From Candidatus Bathyarchaeota archaeon (GTDB taxonomy: Archaea; Thermoproteota; Bathyarchaeia; Bathyarchaeales; Bathycorpusculaceae): a stretch of DNA of 64,000 nt. The notes beneath the pieces were generated by a model. That model saw nothing but the letters and a program-made list of their open reading frames with translations. It searched no databases and was not told where the DNA came from. Position 1 is the first letter of the stretch. Every line of letters starts with the position of its first letter. This document shows positions 19,268 through 30,356 of this stretch, piece by piece. The stretch lies in assembly GCA_963739305.1 (NCBI GenBank), contig CAVTZU010000028.1:62443-126442 (forward strand), given 5' to 3'. A program made the translations under genes and the position numbers.

Positions 19268-20689
19268 CTATCCGCAGTGCAAGTATTGCCCGAGAATCTT
19301 TTCGATCTCCTCTGGCTTGCTGAACAAATCATTCCACAAATTTCGGTCGTCATAGCAAGTCAATTTCTGAATTGTTCTATCGATAATTCTTGACGGGAAG
19401 ACATCGTCAGCCTCGTAGTATTCTCGATCTCTCTGTAGGTTCTCAGCAGCTTCAATGCAGGAATGAGGCAACGGTCCAAACGAATCGTGTTCATTTTTCG
19501 TCGGTTGTGAGTGAAAGGCTTCCGACTCCCTCAAGGACTTCGCCGCGTTGTCAAGCCCATAGTTTGCAGCCAAAGCCAACCCTGCTAGAATTAGATGCGT
19601 ATTGGCGAAGGCATCTGGGGCTCTGTACTCAAACGTCTCTCGGCAGCTACTACTCATCTCTGCTTTCGTTCTGTGCTTCCACCACAAAGGTATCCGAACC
19701 AACGCTAGACGATTCCTGTCGCTCCAACAGATGTGCATCGGCGACTCTTTGCCCGCAATGAACCGCAGGTATGAAACAGGCGTTGGGTTACCGAAAGCGA
19801 CAAGGCTAGGCGTGAACTTCAGTATTCCAGCAATCATGCATAGTGCTTCTTTGCTCAGACTCCCGTTTGATTTCGAAACGATATTTCGTCCTCTTTTCAA
19901 GGCGCATAAATGAACGTGCATTCCGTTGCCTGCGTGATCCAAATTGATTTTCGGAGAAAATGAAGCAAAAACTCCGTGCCTCGCGCAGACGTTTCGAACA
20001 ACCCACTTTGCAATGACTGCCGTGTCGGCCATGTCCCCGAGGCTTTGAGCGGTTAACTCGATTTCATGTTGTTCCGCTGTTGTCTCGTCCTTGTTGATTA
20101 TCTTCCCAACTTCGCCGTGTCCATACTTTGTCCGGATGCCCATAACGCTCAGCGTAGCCAATACTTCGTTTCGAATCTCTTCGAAACTTGCGAACGGAGA
20201 AGACTCGTGATAATTCGCATCCGGGGATCCTGGAAAAAGGATTTCAGTTCGTTGTTTTTCAATGATGTAGAACTCAAGCTCAATCAATGCCTTCATGGTG
20301 GTGTTGTTTGAGGATTGCAGTTTTTTCTCAGCTCTTGTCAACACGCTTTGTGGAGCAATATTCAATGGTTTCCCGTTTTCATCTCTGTAGTCGCATAGTA
20401 CGTTTAGTGTCGGCAAAATTGTGAAGGGATTTGTGAAGAACCTATCAGTTCGCGGAGTTATGTAGATGTCGCTTTTTTCAGGTTCGATGAATGAGAACAG
20501 GCTTGAACCATCTGCGCGTTCGCCAAACTCAAGAATCTCTTTGACTCGTTCTTTGTCGGTTGTGGAGAAGCTGAGGGTTTTCAGTCTACCGTCTTCAGGT
20601 ATGTGACACAAGTTTAGTATTTTCAAGTTGTTTTTGGAGATGGCTTTGAATGCAGCCTCTTTCTCTGAGAAATTCACCATGTTGTGCAT
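19268..20689 (-). CDS. glnA: Glutamine synthetase family protein
   Basis: DGSS, ELEFY, HGEVG, EQHEIE, GNGMHVH, NRLALVRIP, FEYRAPD; start probably ATG 20689 or 20680 rather than 20821. Confidence 0.88.
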   Translation of the reverse strand: MHNMVNFSEKEAAFKAISKNNLKILNLCHIPEDGRLKTLSFSTTDKERVKEILEFGERADGSSLFSFIEPEKSDIYITPRTDRFFTNPFTILPTLNVLCDYRDENGKPLNIAPQSVLTRAEKKLQSSNNTTMKALIELEFYIIEKQRTEILFPGSPDANYHESSPFASFEEIRNEVLATLSVMGIRTKYGHGEVGKIINKDETTAEQHEIELTAQSLGDMADTAVIAKWVVRNVCARHGVFASFSPKINLDHAGNGMHVHLCALKRGRNIVSKSNGSLSKEALCMIAGILKFTPSLVAFGNPTPVSYLRFIAGKESPMHICWSDRNRLALVRIPLWWKHRTKAEMSSSCRETFEYRAPDAFANTHLILAGLALAANYGLDNAAKSLRESEAFHSQPTKNEHDSFGPLPHSCIEAAENLQRDREYYEADDVFPSRIIDRTIQKLTCYDDRNLWNDLFSKPEEIEKILGQYLHCG

Positions 20690-20888
20690 TGATGAACCTT
20701 CTGCGAGCACTTCTAGGATTCCAGATTCTGATATTTTAACTCTCCCGATGAAAACTTGTTTCATGTTCAACTGTTGTACATGATTGGGAATAATGATAGT
20801 TAGCTCTTCACAACGATACATTTTAGGGATTCGCTAAGTTTATTTATAAAGCGTCAGTGTTATAGGGTGAAGAAACAACGGAGTTTCA

Positions 20889-21464
20889 GTGATGTCTCGG
20901 AAGATTCCGTCGAAGGACGAAGCACTTGAAGCGTTGGATTTCATAGTGAATGTTCTCAAGGAGCATGAGAAGGACCTTGATAGACTGATAAGCGAACTTG
21001 GTAACGTTACTGAAAAGATGGGTGACACGGGCGAACTTACTGGAAAGGTCGAGAAGGTTGAGGAGCGGTTGACAACGCTTCAAAACGATATTTCGAACCT
21101 GATAACACAGATTTCCACTTCACGCGAACAGCCAGTAGCTTCCGTGCCCATATCGTTGCAGGTTTCTTCAAAGCCCAAGGCTGAGGAGACGCAGGTTAAG
21201 GAGAGAGAGGTTCGTGGACCTCCAGTTATACTTCGATGCAAGGAGTGGGAAGATTTCCAGAATGTGGCGGGACAGGCACAGACTCTTTCTTTCATGTATC
21301 GAGAGGCAGAAAGAACATTTCAGGTTGATGCAGTGAAGGACTACCAGATTATCACTTATAGTGGTCCGCTTCCTAAGGGAGCGGCGATGTTGAAGGCATG
21401 GCTCTCGAAGCAGCTGGATGTTGCTGAGAAGAAGATTCTTGAAGGCATTTTGGCCATAGGCTAG
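20889..21464 (+). CDS. Coiled-coil hypothetical protein
   Basis: 191-aa ORF with heptad-like N-terminus; TTTATAAA TATA box at ~20843. Confidence 0.7.
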   Translation: MMSRKIPSKDEALEALDFIVNVLKEHEKDLDRLISELGNVTEKMGDTGELTGKVEKVEERLTTLQNDISNLITQISTSREQPVASVPISLQVSSKPKAEETQVKEREVRGPPVILRCKEWEDFQNVAGQAQTLSFMYREAERTFQVDAVKDYQIITYSGPLPKGAAMLKAWLSKQLDVAEKKILEGILAIG

Positions 21465-21974
21465 AATTATTTGCAAATATGTGTATGTTTCTGGACTTAA
21501 CAATGTTTTTATATTAGACTTGACTCTTAAGTCTTACGATGTGCGGAGGGTCGAGGTTGAAGGCCAACCACAGAGCCAATACGATTTTTTTCCGTTCTCG
21601 AAGCCTTCTCCTTTCTCCTCAGTGACGGAAAATGGCCGAGTGGCTGACTAACAGACGATGAACCCCCCACATCAAACAGAAGAAACACCTGGAAGCCGGA
21701 ATCGATGGACCAAACATCAATGACAATACAAAAAATCAACGAAGAATTCGTAAACTTCAGAAAAACAATGGAAGAACTCTACATGCTAAAACGGGTGGCT
21801 TCAGACTTGAAGAACTACCGACGAATGATAAAACTCAAAAAGTACGATTAGACCGACGACTCACTGATTCACAGATAGCACAATCCGTCTTCGATCCGAT
21901 TCTTCAGCATGAAAAAGGTGCGAAAAGACTTTTAGAATCCTTTTCGGAACTATAGTGATTAGGAAGTCGATATT

Positions 21975-22472
21975 ATGAAGGATAGAACGGCGAACAACGT
22001 TCATGACGCCTTCGTGGGTGAAGCAAAAGCTTACCAGCGCCTCCTAATGTTCGCACAAAAGGCTGACCAGGAATCATTGCCGCAGATAGCTCATCTCTTC
22101 AGAGCCGTAGCCGCGGCTGAGGGCGTTCACTCACGCAGGCACTTCGCGTTGCTTGAATCTGTTTCAGACACACAGAGCAACCTGGAAAAAGCGTTTCAAT
22201 CCGAGACCGCAGTGAATGGTGTTCACTATTTGAGGATGCTGCAAGAAGCAGAAGAGGACGGTGAAGAGGCAGCGTCATTTGTCTTCTCCCAAGCAAGGGA
22301 CGTTGAAGCTGAGCATGCCAGATTGTACGAAAGGGCACTCACTGACCTGATAGCGCAACGATCGACTGAATACTATGTCTGTTCAGTGTGCGGACACGTC
22401 CACGAACGCGAAGCGCCAGAAACCTGTCCCATCTGCGGAGCACCAAAGACAGCTTTCGAAAAGGTTCCTTAG
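21975..22472 (+). CDS. Rubrerythrin
   Basis: AFVGEAKA, AE..H diiron motifs, C-terminal CSVCG...CPICG. Confidence 0.92.
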   Translation: MKDRTANNVHDAFVGEAKAYQRLLMFAQKADQESLPQIAHLFRAVAAAEGVHSRRHFALLESVSDTQSNLEKAFQSETAVNGVHYLRMLQEAEEDGEEAASFVFSQARDVEAEHARLYERALTDLIAQRSTEYYVCSVCGHVHEREAPETCPICGAPKTAFEKVP

Positions 22473-22566
22473 AGACAATTCTCTTCCGTTTTTTAGGCAT
22501 GCCGTAACGCTTTCTTCAAAAAAGTATAGTAGATACATTCTGCAATAGATCTACTAATGCAACTGT

Positions 22567-22896
22567 GTGAGTCACATGGAATTTTGCGAAAAGTGCGGTT
22601 CCCGCATGGTCAGAACCAAGGAAGGTTTCGCCTGTTCGAGATGCGGCATCGCAAGATATGCAAATCCTGACTCTCGAACTTTGAAAAGGAAGGATCGAGA
22701 AAGCAGCGTCTATGTTCTGGGGGAATCGACGACAGAACATTCAAAAACTGACCGCCGATGTCCAAAATGTGGAAATGAAGAGGCTTTTTACTGGTTTTCC
22801 GGCGTTTCCGGTGAACACGCGGGCATCCGTCAGGAAAGGACAATAGAGCATTTCAAATGCACGAAATGTGCTTTCTCTTGGACTGGAGAATCATAG
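22567..22896 (+). CDS. TFS/RpoM-like two-zinc-ribbon protein lacking the RSADE motif
   Basis: MEFCEKCG...FACSRCG, CPKCGNEEAFYW...FKCTKC.FSW. Confidence 0.8.
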   Translation: MSHMEFCEKCGSRMVRTKEGFACSRCGIARYANPDSRTLKRKDRESSVYVLGESTTEHSKTDRRCPKCGNEEAFYWFSGVSGEHAGIRQERTIEHFKCTKCAFSWTGES

Positions 22897-22944
22897 AAAA
22901 CGCATTTTGTCGAATGCTCTAGTCATCACAGAGCGGCCGTTTCA

Positions 22945-23655
22945 TCATGAGCGGTAACCGCATAGACTCGATGTGCACGTTGCACAGATTTTCTGGTGTT
23001 CAAGGTTAGAAAGGACTATTCGACTCAAGATCCAGTACATTGTTGTCACGAGAAAGTACATCTCAACCACGACAGTTCCATTCGTCTCAATTACTCCGAT
23101 CAACATGAAAAGCGCCCCAGCCACGAACAATACGTTCAGGATGAAATGAAACCAACTTACTGACATTAACGCCTTCGCATACTGCAAAAGGCCAAGCAGG
23201 ACAGCACTGAAACCGAACCAGAATATGAACACAGCTACTTCATGCACTGCAAACGCGTTGACCGCGTAAGATAAGCTTCCAAGTATCGCAATCAAGGCAC
23301 CCGTAAGTAAGCCAGAGCATCCTGCACAGTAGACCTTATTCCTGATCTTCAAGACATGAGTGCTGAACCTGCCACATGACGGATGATGACCCTCGTACAC
23401 TATTGTCCTCTGATCATCTTGAATGGCTCCAGCTTTTTTCAGTTGACTTTGATCATCTGCCTGCTTGTGAAGGGTTAGCTTTGAGCACTTGGAAGGCAAC
23501 AATGCTGCCAACCCACCTAAGAAGCATATGCCCATGAATACTGAGATGACAACTTCCTTGGGCAGAACAGTTCCCGCAGGCTTGTACATGACTGTTAACC
23601 AGACTACCAGAATCAGGCAAATCAAAGAACTGGTGGTGAACGCCCATGAGGCCAC
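22945..23655 (-). CDS. Membrane protein with Cys/His motif (DUF2085-like)
   Basis: GHHPSC...H......YCAGC.G plus about six TM helices. Confidence 0.6.
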   Translation of the reverse strand: MASWAFTTSSLICLILVVWLTVMYKPAGTVLPKEVVISVFMGICFLGGLAALLPSKCSKLTLHKQADDQSQLKKAGAIQDDQRTIVYEGHHPSCGRFSTHVLKIRNKVYCAGCSGLLTGALIAILGSLSYAVNAFAVHEVAVFIFWFGFSAVLLGLLQYAKALMSVSWFHFILNVLFVAGALFMLIGVIETNGTVVVEMYFLVTTMYWILSRIVLSNLEHQKICATCTSSLCGYRS

Positions 23656-23688
23656 ATTAGTTTTTCTCAGCTGTGTATCCTCCTGGCG

Positions 23689-26328
23689 TCAGGCGGTTTG
23701 GTCTAGACGATGAGCAAAACGTCTATAGAACCATCTCTTCAGGATCTCGACCATCAACAGGTAGGCGGCAACGAAGACCAACAGGAAGACAAAAAAGGCT
23801 CCCGGAAGTCTCGCAAAACTGAACCAACCGTTAACAATTGGTATAAATGGTAGAATTATAGCGACGAAGACCACGGTCAGACTCGCAAATAGCAGAGTCT
23901 TGCTGGGTCTGCTCTTGAAGAAAGGCGATCTTCTTGTGCGTATAACGAATATCACAAGCGTTTGAGTGCACAAAGATTCTACAAACCAAGCAGTCTGGAA
24001 GATTGACTCAAAAAGTGACTCAGAAGGAGTGAATCCGCGGAAGAGCGCGAGCATTACCAAGAATGTCAAGAAGTCGAAAATGCTGCTGATCGGTCCGAAG
24101 AAGACCATGAAGTTTCTGATGTAGGAAATGTCAAGTCTCTTTGGTTTGCGAACGTATTCGGGATCGACGTTGTCCGTTGGAATCGCTATCTCAGAAAAAT
24201 CATAAAGAAGGTTGTTAAGGAGGATTTGAATCGGGAGCATCGGCAGGAAGGGCAAGAAAAGAGAAGCGCCTGCAGCGCTAAACATGTTTCCAAAGTTGGA
24301 GCTTATTCCCATCAATATGTACTTCATAGTGTTGCCAAATGTCTTCCTTCCTTCGAGAACTCCTTCACTGAGCACTGTCAGGTCTTTATGAAGGAGAATG
24401 ATGTCTGCCGACTCTCTGGCAACGTCGACCGCGTTCTCAACCGATATGCCGACGTCTGCGATGTGCATTGAGGTGGCGTCGTTGATACCGTCGCCGAGAA
24501 AGCCCACGACGTGTCTGTTGCGTTTTAGTGCGTTCATGATTCTGTCTTTTTGAGATGGGCTTACCCTTGCGAAGACGTTGGCTTCTTCAACAACTCTTGA
24601 AAGACCCGGATCTTGAAGTTTAGCGATGTCGTTTCCAACGACGATTCCTTTGATCTCAAAACCGAGTTGTTCACAGACTTTCCGGGTTACCAGCTCGTTG
24701 TCGCCTGTCAGAATCTTAAGTTCTATCCCGGCTTCCTTGATCAAGCGAAGAGACTCTCTTGAGCTCTGCTTCGGCGGATCCATGAACGCTACGAAACCCA
24801 AGAAAACCATATCACACTCATCCGCGATTGAATACGCGGACTTCTCTTCGATTTTCTTATATGCCACTCCAAGAACCCTGAACCCTTGCGAACTCAACTT
24901 GTGATAATTATCCTCAATTCTCTTCTCCTGCTCCTCAGTCAAGCTAAGTACCTGATTGTCGAGCTCAAACTGAGAACAGACCCTGACTATTTCTTCCAAC
25001 GCCCCCTTCGTGAGGAAAAGTCTCTCACCTTCGCGCCCGACAGTAATTGAAACTCGTCTCCTCACGAAATCGAACGGGACTTCGTCTATTTTCTCATAGC
25101 CCACTATGTCGAGATTTTTGAATCTGAGTATGGCGGTGTCGAGAGGGCTCTTCAACCCTGTTTCATATTGACTGTTTAGGTACGCATAAAGGAGAACCTT
25201 GTCGTCGTCTTTTCCCTCAGGGTCCGTGTGCAAGACAAGGGTGATTACGTTTTCAGTAAGTGTGCCAGTTTTGTCTGTGCATAGCACGTCCATGTTTCCG
25301 AAGTTCTGAATCGATGCCAGACGCTTCACAATCACGCTTTTCTTGGACATGGCCAAAGCGCCCTTCGACAGGTTCACCGAGATAATCATCGGAAGAAGCT
25401 CAGGCGTTAGGCCCACTGCCAGAGCCACAGCGAAAAGGAGTGATTCTAAGACTCCCCTTTTGAAAAGCGCATTTATGAAGAAAACAACTATGACCAGAAC
25501 CAATGCGACTTGCATCAGTAGAAGACCGAACCGTCTGAGTCCCCTTTCAAATTCTGTTTCGGGCTCCCTTTCCGTGAGAGTTTTCGCAATTTTCCCAAAT
25601 TCGGTTGAGCTCCCCGTCCTTGCAACGGCAGCTACCCCTGTTCCGCTGACGACCGAGGTTCCTTGGAAAACGTAGTTGTCCCTTTCGGCCAATGCTGCAC
25701 TCTTGACCGCGAGTGGCGCGCTCGTCTTTTCAACCGGAAATGATTCACCAGTCAACGCTGACTGGTCAACGTACAGGTCCTTTGAAGTTATTATTCTAGA
25801 ATCTGCTGGTATGATGTCTCCAGCTGAAAGGTATGTTATGTCTCCGGGCACTATTTCGGACAGATTGACTTCGGTCTTAACGCCGTTTCTTAGAACAGTC
25901 GCAGTGGTGACTACTCTTCTCTTGAGAAGCTCAACTGACCTTTCAGCCTTTGACTCTTGATAAACATCAAGGACTACGCTCAGGAGCACGATTGAGAATA
26001 TGATTAGAGCAGGAACAGTCTCTCCTGTGATGCCTGAAATCAGGCCTGCTGCAAGAAGTATGACAACCAAGGGGTTTCTCAGGTGGTAAAGAATCTCAAC
26101 TAAGCCTGTCCGCTTCTTTCTCTTTGCAAGCTCGTTGCGACCGAATGTTTCAGCGCGATTCTCGGCTTCTTGAGCGGACAAGCCATTCTGAGAAGTATTT
26201 AATCTAGAGAGCACGTCATCTACTGGCAGACTTAGAAGCTCATCAGTACTCACCGATTGAGATTCGCTCGATGCCTGTTCCGCTTCTTTCTTTTTGGCCG
26301 ACCGTGCGAATCCCATTAATGCCACCAT
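23689..26328 (-). CDS. mgtA: Mg2+-transporting P-type ATPase
   Basis: TGES, AVGLTPELLP, DKTGTLT, PFDFVRRR, TGDN, GDGIND, SSNFGNMFS, NNLLYD, WFVESL.TQTLV. Confidence 0.93.
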   Translation of the reverse strand: MVALMGFARSAKKKEAEQASSESQSVSTDELLSLPVDDVLSRLNTSQNGLSAQEAENRAETFGRNELAKRKKRTGLVEILYHLRNPLVVILLAAGLISGITGETVPALIIFSIVLLSVVLDVYQESKAERSVELLKRRVVTTATVLRNGVKTEVNLSEIVPGDITYLSAGDIIPADSRIITSKDLYVDQSALTGESFPVEKTSAPLAVKSAALAERDNYVFQGTSVVSGTGVAAVARTGSSTEFGKIAKTLTEREPETEFERGLRRFGLLLMQVALVLVIVVFFINALFKRGVLESLLFAVALAVGLTPELLPMIISVNLSKGALAMSKKSVIVKRLASIQNFGNMDVLCTDKTGTLTENVITLVLHTDPEGKDDDKVLLYAYLNSQYETGLKSPLDTAILRFKNLDIVGYEKIDEVPFDFVRRRVSITVGREGERLFLTKGALEEIVRVCSQFELDNQVLSLTEEQEKRIEDNYHKLSSQGFRVLGVAYKKIEEKSAYSIADECDMVFLGFVAFMDPPKQSSRESLRLIKEAGIELKILTGDNELVTRKVCEQLGFEIKGIVVGNDIAKLQDPGLSRVVEEANVFARVSPSQKDRIMNALKRNRHVVGFLGDGINDATSMHIADVGISVENAVDVARESADIILLHKDLTVLSEGVLEGRKTFGNTMKYILMGISSNFGNMFSAAGASLFLPFLPMLPIQILLNNLLYDFSEIAIPTDNVDPEYVRKPKRLDISYIRNFMVFFGPISSIFDFLTFLVMLALFRGFTPSESLFESIFQTAWFVESLCTQTLVIFVIRTRRSPFFKSRPSKTLLFASLTVVFVAIILPFIPIVNGWFSFARLPGAFFVFLLVFVAAYLLMVEILKRWFYRRFAHRLDQTA

Positions 26329-26821
26329 TCATGACTACAGACTATAAGATCTAAGTCTAAACCAGACAGATTGAAACGCTCATGTACGTCTAATCTAATA
26401 ATCGTTTTGGCAAACCGCCTCACTGCGCTCTGTTTGTAGTCTTCCAACAAAGGGAAAACGGATTTGGGAGACTCTTGTTTCGGGAAAATGGAAATGACGA
26501 TTGCGCGTGTGTTAATGCCGATGTTCAAGCGCGATGACTCTTGTAGCGCGTCTGAACCAATAGTCCACGGAAGGGAATGTTTTTCGTGAAACCCCTGACT
26601 CCTCAAGAGAACTCGCAGATGATTGCCGGAATATTGTCAGATCATTTCTACTTGATTTTTCGGATCGTCCAAAAGCGTACCTGGAATATTAGAAAATCGC
26701 AATCGAGGAACAATGAAAAGCTCAAGTCCATCGATTGGCAAAACAAAAGCCGAAAAAGATAAAGGGTTCAGGGGAACTCGAATAAGCGCGCTATAGAGAG
26801 AAGGTGTTATGAGGTACTGGA

Positions 26822-27790
26822 ATGATTCCGGTTGAAATTTCGTTTGTCAGAAAGTCGTATGGTGATTTGAAGGCGGTCGATGGAGTCTCCTTTTCTGTTC
26901 AGGAAGGTGAGGTCTTCGCCCTTCTTGGCCCAAACGGAGCGGGTAAGACAACGCTGATAGAGATTCTGGAGGGCTTGCGGAAAAGGGATGAAGGCAATGT
27001 GAAGGTGCTGGGTCTCGATCCTTGGGGGAACGGCTATGTGCTTCACAGAAGAATCGGGGTTATACCGCAGGATTTTACGTTCTTCGACAAGCAGAATCCG
27101 AGGGAAGCACTGGAATATTACGCTGCTCTTTTTGGGGTGAAAATTGATGCAGATCAGATACTGCGGGAAGTGGTTTTGGACGATTCGGCGAATGTTCTTT
27201 TTGAGAACCTTTCTGGTGGGCAGAAGCAGAAGCTTGGTCTCGCGCTTGCACTAGTGAATTCTGCCGAACTTCTTTTCCTAGACGAACCCACCACGGGACT
27301 TGATCCGAATGCGCGAAGGTCGATCTGGGATGTGATAAGAGGGCTGAGGAGCAAGGGCCGGACGGTAATTCTAACTACTCATTACCTTGATGAGGCTGCG
27401 CAGCTTTCAGACAGGGTAGCCATCATGGATCATGGACATGTCGTAGCGATGGGAACTTCCGATGAGATCATCGAAGCTCACGGCTCAGGGGAAAGACTGG
27501 AAATACACGGAACAGAGGAGTTGGCCGCTTACCTCAAAGCAAACACAAACTTGAACGTCCAATCTAACGGGAAGGGTCTGATCAGTATAGCAATCACTCA
27601 GAAACGCGATGCACTGACAGCCTTGACAGCTGTTGAACGATCTGGGCTCGAATGGCGAGACCTGCATACTCGTCGCGACAGTCTGGATGACGTATTCGTG
27701 AAACTTGTGGCTGGGAGGATTGATGAGAAAGGCGAGATAAGAGTCGAAAACACTGGTAGCAATTCGAATGGTCAGGGGAGGCGAAAATAG
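26822..27790 (+). CDS. ABC exporter ATP-binding protein
   Basis: GPNGAGKT, LSGGQ, LDEPTTGLD, TTH. Confidence 0.93.
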   Translation: MIPVEISFVRKSYGDLKAVDGVSFSVQEGEVFALLGPNGAGKTTLIEILEGLRKRDEGNVKVLGLDPWGNGYVLHRRIGVIPQDFTFFDKQNPREALEYYAALFGVKIDADQILREVVLDDSANVLFENLSGGQKQKLGLALALVNSAELLFLDEPTTGLDPNARRSIWDVIRGLRSKGRTVILTTHYLDEAAQLSDRVAIMDHGHVVAMGTSDEIIEAHGSGERLEIHGTEELAAYLKANTNLNVQSNGKGLISIAITQKRDALTALTAVERSGLEWRDLHTRRDSLDDVFVKLVAGRIDEKGEIRVENTGSNSNGQGRRK

Positions 27791-28885
27791 ATGGCTAATG
27801 CACGAAGAATCATTTCTGACCTCCGATTGTTTGGTCGTGGCTACCTTAGAAACGCAGCAGGCCTGTTCTTCGGACTAATTTTCCCTGTCATCCTCATACT
27901 CATCTTCGGAGCGATTTTCTCATCGGGTTTTTCAGGATCAATTACGCTCTACTATCAGAACCACGACGGTGGGCAGATCTCCACATCTTTTCTGAACACG
28001 CTCAACAGCACAGGCACCGTTAAATTAGTTTCAGTCAGTGATTCGGAGAACTTCTCTCAATATCTGTCAGCCCATTCCGCTTCGGATGGATTGATCATAC
28101 CCCCTGATTTCTCGGCGAACTACTTGGCAGGCCAGCGTGTTAACGTCACGCTTTACGGTAACCCATCTCAAAGTTCCAGTTCAATCGTGATTGGAACCGT
28201 CACTGGAGTGATAAACGGGTTCAACTTGGCTCGCTACGGAGGCTCATCGATCATCGGAATAAGTCAGACTACCGCTAATACTCAGGTGACCAAATACATC
28301 GATTTTCTCGTTCCAGGCCTCGTCGGCTTCTCAATACTCGTAAGCCCGATGTTTTCTCTCGTCAACATATCATCTGAATACAAGAGAATAAAGCTGTTCA
28401 AGCAGTTGTCGTTAACTCCTCTAACCAAGATCGAGTGGCTAGCGTCGAAGGTTCTCTTTTACATCCTTTTGTCGGCAAGCTCATTTCTCCTGATGACTGT
28501 GGTCGGAGTGTTTGTCTTTGGGGCACACATCGTGCTTTCACTGTGGCTAATACCATTCCTCGTATTGGGACCGATGTTCTTCGCATCGCTGGGTATGCTG
28601 GTTGGAACTATCTCTAAAAGCACAGAAACCGCCAGTGTCGTAGGAAACATCATAACGTTTCCGATGATGTTCCTCTCAGGCACGTTCTTCCCGATCACGC
28701 TCATGCCAACATATCTTCAATACTTCGCGCATGTCCTGCCCCTATTCTACATAATAGATGGACTCAACGGCGTCATGATTTACGGCAACTATGTGCAAGC
28801 ACTTATCGACTTGGCCGTCGTTGCAGCAATCACGATAATTGCGTTCGTGGCGGCAGCAAGACTATTCAAGTGGAGAGAAGACTAA
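27791..28885 (+). CDS. ABC-2 type permease
   Basis: YIDFLVPG, PMMFLSGTFFP, six-TM ABC-2 topology; abuts the ATPase. Confidence 0.92.
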   Translation: MANARRIISDLRLFGRGYLRNAAGLFFGLIFPVILILIFGAIFSSGFSGSITLYYQNHDGGQISTSFLNTLNSTGTVKLVSVSDSENFSQYLSAHSASDGLIIPPDFSANYLAGQRVNVTLYGNPSQSSSSIVIGTVTGVINGFNLARYGGSSIIGISQTTANTQVTKYIDFLVPGLVGFSILVSPMFSLVNISSEYKRIKLFKQLSLTPLTKIEWLASKVLFYILLSASSFLLMTVVGVFVFGAHIVLSLWLIPFLVLGPMFFASLGMLVGTISKSTETASVVGNIITFPMMFLSGTFFPITLMPTYLQYFAHVLPLFYIIDGLNGVMIYGNYVQALIDLAVVAAITIIAFVAAARLFKWRED

Positions 28886-28980
28886 ATTCGAAGATAACAC
28901 CCGCGAGCTCCAAGCGTATCTCTCCACATCTTCCGGAAAATGAAAAAAGCCCTCAAAAAGTGCGGTCAGTTCGTTGAAGA

Positions 28981-29002
28981 GTGCGGGGGGTGGGATTTGA
29001 AC
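28981..29002 (-). mobile_element. Isolated 3' fragment of a tRNA (Leu-type), probable att scar
   Basis: Reverse complement GTTCAAATCCCACCCCCCGCAC = T-loop plus 3' acceptor strand; no anticodon or D arm follows. Confidence 0.7.
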
Positions 29003-29309
29003 TCGCCCCGAGCCAGCGTTTCTGAAGTATTACGAAACGACTCCCGCAAATTCCCCCTTTTTACAAATCTATGCTATAGCTTTTGAAAACCAATCATAGA
29101 GTCTGAAGCCGGGATAACTTCTTTAACTTTTTTCCAAGGAGTTTTCTTGACATCTGCTTCAAGATCGTCTTCAGCTTCAAAGATCTGCAGCCATCTTTGG
29201 AAATGGCTTTCATCTGACACTCAAGACTAACTTCGTATCGGTCTCGAATTAGACTAAGAGAATATGGGATAAAAAAAAGGAGGGAAGCGATTGATTTCCA
29301 ACAGTCGAT

Positions 29310-29910
29310 CTACATGATATATGGCAGAAGTCTTGGCAGGATGTCGCCCAAAGCTCTGTAGACAATGTATGTTAGGGTCGTTCCACCGAGAAGGTAACCT
29401 CCGTACTGAGTGAATTGGGACATGAGGCTCTGAGCATAGTTTGCTGCAGTCCAACAGTTGATTGCCGAACAAGCTTGAACGAAGAACATTTGTAATTGTT
29501 GGTCAAGGTATGCTTTGCAGAGGTTAATTGATGATAGGCTGCCTGAGTATGCTTGAATACACCGGCTGTTCACACAGGAATAAGCTGTGAATGAAATCTG
29601 TGCTTTGCAATCCCAAGTAGTAGTTCCGACGACAGTGAAGTAGCCTATCAGTGAACAGGGCCATCTTCCGTTCACGTTGGACCACCTGTAGAAATCCATT
29701 TCAAGGACAAGATTTCCGTTGCTCTTAGCTGTTATGTAGATTTCACTTCCATCAGGACGCCAATATCCACCAGAGATGGTAAATGTCGCATGAGCCGATT
29801 GAGTCATCAAGAGACCTAGGATAAATGGCAGCAATGCGAAGGCCAACACCCGAAATGCCTCAGTTGCTTTCAAAATTCTTTCCTCCTTCGATTTCTTGTC
29901 CAGTCTGTTC
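29310..29910 (-). CDS. Secreted Cys-rich hypothetical protein
   Basis: Likely start MNRLDKK; signal peptide ending AHA; seven Cys; hydrophobic C-terminus. Confidence 0.55.
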
Positions 29911-30080
29911 ATTTCTGGTCCCGCTAGGACCGTCGCCTTGAGGTCGGCTGGACAGACTTGCTTGAACCCTGTTTTTGACCTCCCAGTTGCCGCCGGCGGT
30001 TGAGGCCAGGACACATTTAGACGCCTCTTTTCGAACTGGGTTTTCAGAAAAACTGGAGCGAACAGCACACAGATCGTACA

Positions 30081-30356
30081 TCAGTCGGTCCCTCCAATGT
30101 AACCTTGAAGCTCATAGTCTTCTTGCAGTTTCGCAGATGATCGTCTTCTTTTGATAATAGAGACTTTTTGAATCGAAACTATTCTGTTTCCTTTGATTTC
30201 TGTCTCATAAGCTCGTTCACCGTGATCATCTAGCAAAATAACTTTAGCAACTGTTCGGTCGTTGTCACTCGCGGTACCGTCTGAGGTTGCTATCAGTATG
30301 CTGTCAGTACGTGCCCCATTCTGAAGTCTTGGCCTTTCCTGGGCATTCTGTTTCAA
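30081..30356 (-). CDS. Small hypothetical protein
   Basis: 91-aa ORF preceded by GAGGGATG; co-oriented with neighbours. Confidence 0.5.
   Translation of the reverse strand: MKQNAQERPRLQNGARTDSILIATSDGTASDNDRTVAKVILLDDHGERAYETEIKGNRIVSIQKVSIIKRRRSSAKLQEDYELQGYIGGTD

Noticed and set aside
26330-26800. Mg2+ (M-box) riboswitch upstream of mgtA
   Set aside because: No recognisable M-box motifs or terminator; the region looks like gene debris
26822-28885. ABC-2 exporter as the RiPP transporter
   Set aside because: About 8 kb away and outside the att scar, with core-like composition; no evidence of linkage
28981-29060. Full tRNA-Leu gene
   Set aside because: Only the T-loop and 3' acceptor strand are present; no anticodon, D arm or 5' strand can be folded
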